64,000 nucleotides of DNA from an uncultured bacterium (GTDB lineage: Bacteria; Verrucomicrobiota; Kiritimatiellia; RFP12; UBA1067): positions 3,200 to 67,199 of the forward strand of contig CACZDG010000003.1 of the NCBI GenBank assembly GCA_902779865.1. The letters run 5' to 3'. A program made the translations under genes and the position numbers. The notes beneath the pieces are model-generated. The model was given only the letters and a program-made list of their open reading frames with translations. It was not told where the DNA came from and made no database searches. Below, one piece after another: positions 59,426 to 64,000 of the stretch (the stretch's first letter is position 1; every line of letters begins with the position of its first letter).

Positions 59426-62148
59426 AGAGATACTTCTCCTATTAGGTGTTTGGATTTGGGTTTGTCAAGACGAAGGGTGAGCACCTGGCGCTTTTCCTGC
59501 GCCGTGCCCCAGTCGGTGTAAACGGTCGCAGTAACCGTGGTCGCGCCGGTAAGCGCGGTCTGGTGCGACGCGAAGTAGTTGGAAAGCACCTTGTACGTGC
59601 CGCTCTCAAGTTCCTTCTTCAGGTACTCCTCGGGACCGTAGCCGGTGGTGACGTCCTCGGAAACGAACCCGCCCTCCGCAGTGCGGCGGTTGCCGTAGTA
59701 CGCCTCTTCGCCGTTAGGATCGAGGACGTGCAGGTCGATGTCCGTCTCGTCGGCGTCCCAGCTCATCACGATGCGGAGCTTCATCGGCAAGTCGCGGCGG
59801 TAGGCGGAGTCGAACTCCGGGATCGCCGGCTTCTTGCCGTCGGGCCACTTCACGTCGTTCACCCAAGATATTAACCCGTTCAGCTCCTCGAGCGCGATAA
59901 TGGAAACCTGGAAGTCGTTGCCACGGCGTCCGCTCCGGCGCGCGCGAACGTTGAACGCCGCGTCCGCAAAGAGCTTCATCGACTCTTCGAGTTCCCTGCG
60001 GGCGACTTCAAGCCTCGCCTTCAGGCGGCTTTCCAAAGTGTCGGCTGGATTGTAGCAATTGCGCAGCGCCATCAGCTGCTCGTCCGCCTTTTTCACACGC
60101 TCCCAGTCGCCGTCGCAGACATGCGCCTTGCCGCTCTCCATCAATACGAGAGCGAGGTCACGGCGGCTCTGCGCCTCCTCGCCGCGCAACTTCAGCACCT
60201 TGCGGAACGCAAGCACGGCGATGTCGTAGCGTCCGGCCTCGCGGGCGCGCCATCCCATCGTACGCCAGAGCGCGGCGTCCTCGAGCTTGAACTCAGCAAG
60301 GTTGGAAAGGATGCGGTCGGCCATATTCGTTATCCCAGCCTTGTAGAACCATCCCGCGCAGTCGAGGTAGAACGCCGGAGACGACGCGTACTTCTCGCGC
60401 TCCTTGAGATACACCTTGTACGCCTCGCCCTTGTCGGCGGACTTCAACGCGTCGATGTACGGAGTCGTCGGATCCCACGCCTTAAGCCTGACGGTGGGCG
60501 CGGTGCCGGAACCCGCCGCGCCACGCGGCGCGAACGACTTCGCGCCAGCGGATCTTTCCATCATTGCAGACCTTGCAACCATGCGCTCTTCCCTCGCTCC
60601 AACCGCCGCCATAGCCGGTGCGGGCGCTTCTGCATCCATAGCCATGTCCATCGCGACACTGGCGTTAATCCTGCCGCTGGACTGCCTCATTACGGAACTG
60701 CGCTCGGTCCTGGATGCATTACGACCGGCTCCTAATGTACTACCAACGCCGTCGAAGAGTCCGCTCTTCGGCGTCCTGCGCGGCGGCTTGGGATTCTTCC
60801 ACCACTTGACGCGTTCTTCCCAATACTGGAGAAGCCGCTGCTCATGCTCTGCCTTCGCCTTCTTTTCGGCAATGGGATCGTCCTCCGTAGCACGGCGCTT
60901 CACCCACTCCGCGTGGATGCTCAGCGACTCCGGCGGCTCGATCTTGTACTGAAGCCACTGGTCAAGGCGTTCTAGCACTATGAGTGAAAGTCCGGGGCCC
61001 GCCACGCCGTACTTGCGGCCAAGGGCGAGGAACTCGTCCTTGCGCGCGTCCGACTGCGACGCGAGATCCTGCATGCGCCGCGCGGCCCACACCGTCGCGA
61101 GCAGACGTCCCTCCACGGGCGTGAGGTTCATGGTCTTTTCCTGTCCCTTGGCGAGCTTCTTCACCTCCACGGCGCGCGCGGCGGCATCGTCGCGAGAGGC
61201 AACGATGAGATCCTGCATCTCCTCGTACTTCGGCTCTTCAAGCCCGAGCGTGTCGATTTCGTCCGAGAAGAGGAGCGCCGGGCTCGGGAAGTCCGCCGTG
61301 TTTGAAAGGTATTCCAGCGCAGCGGCGATGTCCGTTCCGCCGTCATACACGATTTCGTCTATCTTCTTCAGCAGCGACTCCTTCGTGAAGCCGTAGGTCT
61401 TTGCATAGCTCTGCACGTCATTGCGGAAGATGACAAGCGCCCACTCGCCCTTCTCGGGCAGAGCCTCGAGCTTCTTGCGCCACGCGGCGGCGAAGGGCTT
61501 CGCGCTCAAGCTCGCGTCCCAGAGAATCACACCCCGTTCGAACGAGGCAATCCGCTCGCGTACAGTCGCAAAGGTGCTGGCGCTTGAAACGCTGGCGATA
61601 AAATAATCGTCGCCGTCCTTCTCGAACACCGGAGCGGCGTTGGCGACATCGGACTTCGGCGCGACGTACTCGACCTCGGCCTTGCGCGGCGTCTTGGGGT
61701 TGAGCGGGAAGATGCGCGTTTTCCAGATGTTGCCCTTCACCTGCTCAACGATTCCAGGATCGACGCCCTTCTTGATTTCGTTTTCGAACGCTACGCGCGC
61801 CTTCTCCTTCTCGCAGACGACGCCAGGCACCATCTCGCCATTCACCTCAAGCGCGTATCCGCACACGACCGCGCCATCTGGAATCGGGAACTCCAGCTCG
61901 CCCGCCATCACGCGGGAGTTGGGATTGGTGAATGCGAAGCTCGCCTTGACGCGCTTGAAGAAGGCGTTCTCGGCAACGACCGATTCCTCCTTCTTCACAT
62001 CCACAGGCTTTTCGTCCGCCCGCAGATCCACGACGCGGATCACTGGCGGCGGCTCCGGGCGTGGGATTACCCGGCCAGGCCCGTTTGGCGGAACTACGTC
62101 CGCAACTATTGTTGCTGGTACGATCATGAGAGACAATATCGCTTTCAT
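59422..62148 (-). CDS. VIT-domain protein with C-terminal DUF2135-like domain, secreted
   Basis: N-terminal VIT pattern (FAFTNPNSRVMAGELEFPIPDGAVVCGYALEVNG...GNIWKTRIFPL). C-terminal YYGNRRTAEGGFVSEDVTTGYGPEEY. Confidence 0.75.
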   Translation of the reverse strand: MKAILSLMIVPATIVADVVPPNGPGRVIPRPEPPPVIRVVDLRADEKPVDVKKEESVVAENAFFKRVKASFAFTNPNSRVMAGELEFPIPDGAVVCGYALEVNGEMVPGVVCEKEKARVAFENEIKKGVDPGIVEQVKGNIWKTRIFPLNPKTPRKAEVEYVAPKSDVANAAPVFEKDGDDYFIASVSSASTFATVRERIASFERGVILWDASLSAKPFAAAWRKKLEALPEKGEWALVIFRNDVQSYAKTYGFTKESLLKKIDEIVYDGGTDIAAALEYLSNTADFPSPALLFSDEIDTLGLEEPKYEEMQDLIVASRDDAAARAVEVKKLAKGQEKTMNLTPVEGRLLATVWAARRMQDLASQSDARKDEFLALGRKYGVAGPGLSLIVLERLDQWLQYKIEPPESLSIHAEWVKRRATEDDPIAEKKAKAEHEQRLLQYWEERVKWWKNPKPPRRTPKSGLFDGVGSTLGAGRNASRTERSSVMRQSSGRINASVAMDMAMDAEAPAPAMAAVGAREERMVARSAMMERSAGAKSFAPRGAAGSGTAPTVRLKAWDPTTPYIDALKSADKGEAYKVYLKEREKYASSPAFYLDCAGWFYKAGITNMADRILSNLAEFKLEDAALWRTMGWRAREAGRYDIAVLAFRKVLKLRGEEAQSRRDLALVLMESGKAHVCDGDWERVKKADEQLMALRNCYNPADTLESRLKARLEVARRELEESMKLFADAAFNVRARRSGRRGNDFQVSIIALEELNGLISWVNDVKWPDGKKPAIPEFDSAYRRDLPMKLRIVMSWDADETDIDLHVLDPNGEEAYYGNRRTAEGGFVSEDVTTGYGPEEYLKKELESGTYKVLSNYFASHQTALTGATTVTATVYTDWGTAQEKRQVLTLRLDKPKSKHLIGEVSL

Positions 62149-62275
62149 GGGTCACATGATACCAAATCCCTTTACCCCATGCAAGAAGCGTTTTCGGGAA
62201 ATTGAAATTGAAGTTTTGTGCGTGGGTGCGCCAAGTCAAGAGCTGAATTACGGCACGATATCCCAATGCGCCGTC

Positions 62276-64000
62276 TCACTTGTACGAGCCGCCAGACAAC
62301 ATTCCTCCGCAGGTACGGAGAGGATAAGAAAACGGGCGCAAGACCGTCCGGAACCGATGCGCCTTTCCCTTCGGCGCCTTCACGAAAACGGTCGTCGCGG
62401 GACGGACCATCGGCACCAGGTACTCACGACCCACGAACCATCCGGCCATCGAAGGCTTGAGGCGGCCCGTGACCGCCTCCGCCCGCTCGAAGAGGAGCGT
62501 GTAGTCGTGCTCCCTGCCGTCGGCGGATTCCGCCACGTCGCAGATGGTGATCACGTCGCGCGTCTTGTCGAACGTGATCTCGCGGCGCTGCTTCGCGAGC
62601 TTCTGGCGCTTCTGACCGAACTCCTGGTCGTAGATTCCAAAGGCGAAGTCCTCGTCCCTGGTCGAGCGCCAACCGGCGTCGATGGGCGCAGTGACGCGCC
62701 TCGGATTCAGACGGTTCTGCGCAAGACCGTCAACGAGCAGCGTGTTGTGGTCGTAGCCAGAAAGGCCGTAGCCCCTTCTTCTGGAAGCCTCGTACTGTCC
62801 ACCTCCGTCGTCGAACACAAGACACTCGTTCCCCTTCCACAGCACGAAGGAGAGCTTGTCCTGATGCCAATGCCCCATTCCGAGAGGCCCCACGTCGAAC
62901 GCAAGGTACGTCGCGTCGGACGTCCAGTCCGTGCGCATCGCGGCGAATCCCGAATACGGCAGGTAGCGCGACGCCGTCTCGCCCTTCGGCGGCTCGCCCT
63001 CGCGCCCGTTGGTGACGAGCCACAGGAAGTCGCGCCGCTCCGGGAATATCTTCGCGGCGGCGGAAAGCGACGAGGCCAGCGGATCGGTGAAGGTGTCGTT
63101 GAAGTTCGGCAGGGTGAAGGCCGGCGTCACGAGCGCGAGCGGACCCTCCGTGCCGAGGCGGAGCGTATCGAGGAAGTCCTTGGGGATCTCGTGTCCGAAC
63201 CCACAGGCCTGTGCGCGCAGATACAACCGCGTCGCGGAGGAGTGGAACACCTGGTGGTAATTCGGCGAGAGCTCGTAGTGAAACCCGTCGGGTAGGACCT
63301 GTTCCTTGATCGCCTGCGAAAACACGCGAAGCGCCTCGCGGCGAATCGACTCCGAATCCTCGAACTCCGGGAAGTCGAGCGCGAAGAAGTACGCGCCCGT
63401 CATCTCCATCAAGAGCCAGTTCCCGCCCGTGCGGTGCGCGATCAGGTGACGCGCCTGCGCGTGCGCCGACTTGATGAAGGCGAGGAGCAGCTCGTCCGTA
63501 AACGCAGGCGACTTCCTGAACGCCTCGAACGCGACGCTCCACGAGCCCATCAGACGGATGCCCTCCTCGATGGTGCGCCACGGGGAGCCCCTGTTGTTGT
63601 ACCCGCGCTCCGGCGGCACCCCGCCCGTCTGCTTCAGCCAGTCGGAGAACTGCTGCGTGAAGGCGCGGGCGTACTTCTCGTCGCCGGTGCGCGTGTAGGC
63701 CCGCGCGAGGGCGGTCCAGAACGACATCCGATTGAGCTGCCATGTCCACTCGGGATTGTACGGCCCCTTTTTCGCCGAGGCGTCGAAGAGCCAGTCCACG
63801 CGGTTGGACGGGAACGCCCAGGTGACGCCCACGACCTCAATCTCGCCCTTCACGATGCGGTCAACCTCCCCGAGGTCGCGCGCCGCATCCCGCGCGAACA
63901 CGCCGGAATCGATCTCCGGCTTCGCGGGGCGCGTGCGGAAATACGCGGCAGACGGCAGCGCGTCCGCCGTCGCGGCGCAGAGAACGGCCGCCAATGCTAT
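62276..64000 (-). CDS. heparinase II/III-family protein (5' end off window)
   Basis: WTWQLNRMSFW, GNWLLME, HYELSPNYH, HWHQDKLSF, GYDHNTLLVDG. The signal-peptide region runs past position 64000. Confidence 0.8.
   Translation of the reverse strand: MALAAVLCAATADALPSAAYFRTRPAKPEIDSGVFARDAARDLGEVDRIVKGEIEVVGVTWAFPSNRVDWLFDASAKKGPYNPEWTWQLNRMSFWTALARAYTRTGDEKYARAFTQQFSDWLKQTGGVPPERGYNNRGSPWRTIEEGIRLMGSWSVAFEAFRKSPAFTDELLLAFIKSAHAQARHLIAHRTGGNWLLMEMTGAYFFALDFPEFEDSESIRREALRVFSQAIKEQVLPDGFHYELSPNYHQVFHSSATRLYLRAQACGFGHEIPKDFLDTLRLGTEGPLALVTPAFTLPNFNDTFTDPLASSLSAAAKIFPERRDFLWLVTNGREGEPPKGETASRYLPYSGFAAMRTDWTSDATYLAFDVGPLGMGHWHQDKLSFVLWKGNECLVFDDGGGQYEASRRRGYGLSGYDHNTLLVDGLAQNRLNPRRVTAPIDAGWRSTRDEDFAFGIYDQEFGQKRQKLAKQRREITFDKTRDVITICDVAESADGREHDYTLLFERAEAVTGRLKPSMAGWFVGREYLVPMVRPATTVFVKAPKGKAHRFRTVLRPFSYPLRTCGGMLSGGSYK

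Overview
64-kb high-GC bacterial chromosome segment. All domain calls below come from motif recognition by eye; no searches were run. Host DNA lies on both sides (1-8339 and 57752-64000) and is all on the minus strand. The left side encodes a sugar-acid style cluster: hexose-6-P mutarotase, an EF-hand membrane protein, a Tat-signal TIM-barrel isomerase, tagaturonate reductase UxaB and a DUF1080 protein. The right side encodes a Tat/lipoprotein-signal protein, a VIT/DUF2135 secreted protein and a heparinase II/III-family protein. This repertoire is typical of polysaccharide-degrading PVC-group bacteria (inference only). Between the host flanks lies a complete ~49.3-kb temperate, podovirus-like prophage (no sheath or tape-measure genes recognised). 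It is integrated into the 3' end of tRNA-Thr(UGU), bounded by a perfect 47-bp direct repeat (8340-8386 / 57677-57723), with a tyrosine integrase next to the intact tRNA. Prophage order, left to right: early RHH/Xis-like regulators; a Sak4-DUF669-Cas4-like recombination module; helicase plus primase-polymerase; RusA; a minus-strand island (small serine recombinase, small ORFs, leaderless membrane protein); a ~0.8-kb repeat-rich non-coding region; terS candidate and TerL; an unusual six-gene block of membrane/secreted proteins; portal, scaffold, capsid and tail/fibre genes including a 1385-aa collagen-repeat fibre; and a 2944-aa polyvalent virion protein. The prophage ends with a lysogen-oriented accessory region. 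It holds a RhuM-N-domain fusion protein with a structured leader, and a leaderless two-gene cassette (possible degenerate PLD-like protein plus a 2-TM protein). That cassette is my best candidate for an undescribed defence-type system. The left host flank also carries two unusual repeat arrays: 8 x 23 bp, and 11 helically phased ACTTCAAG octamers.
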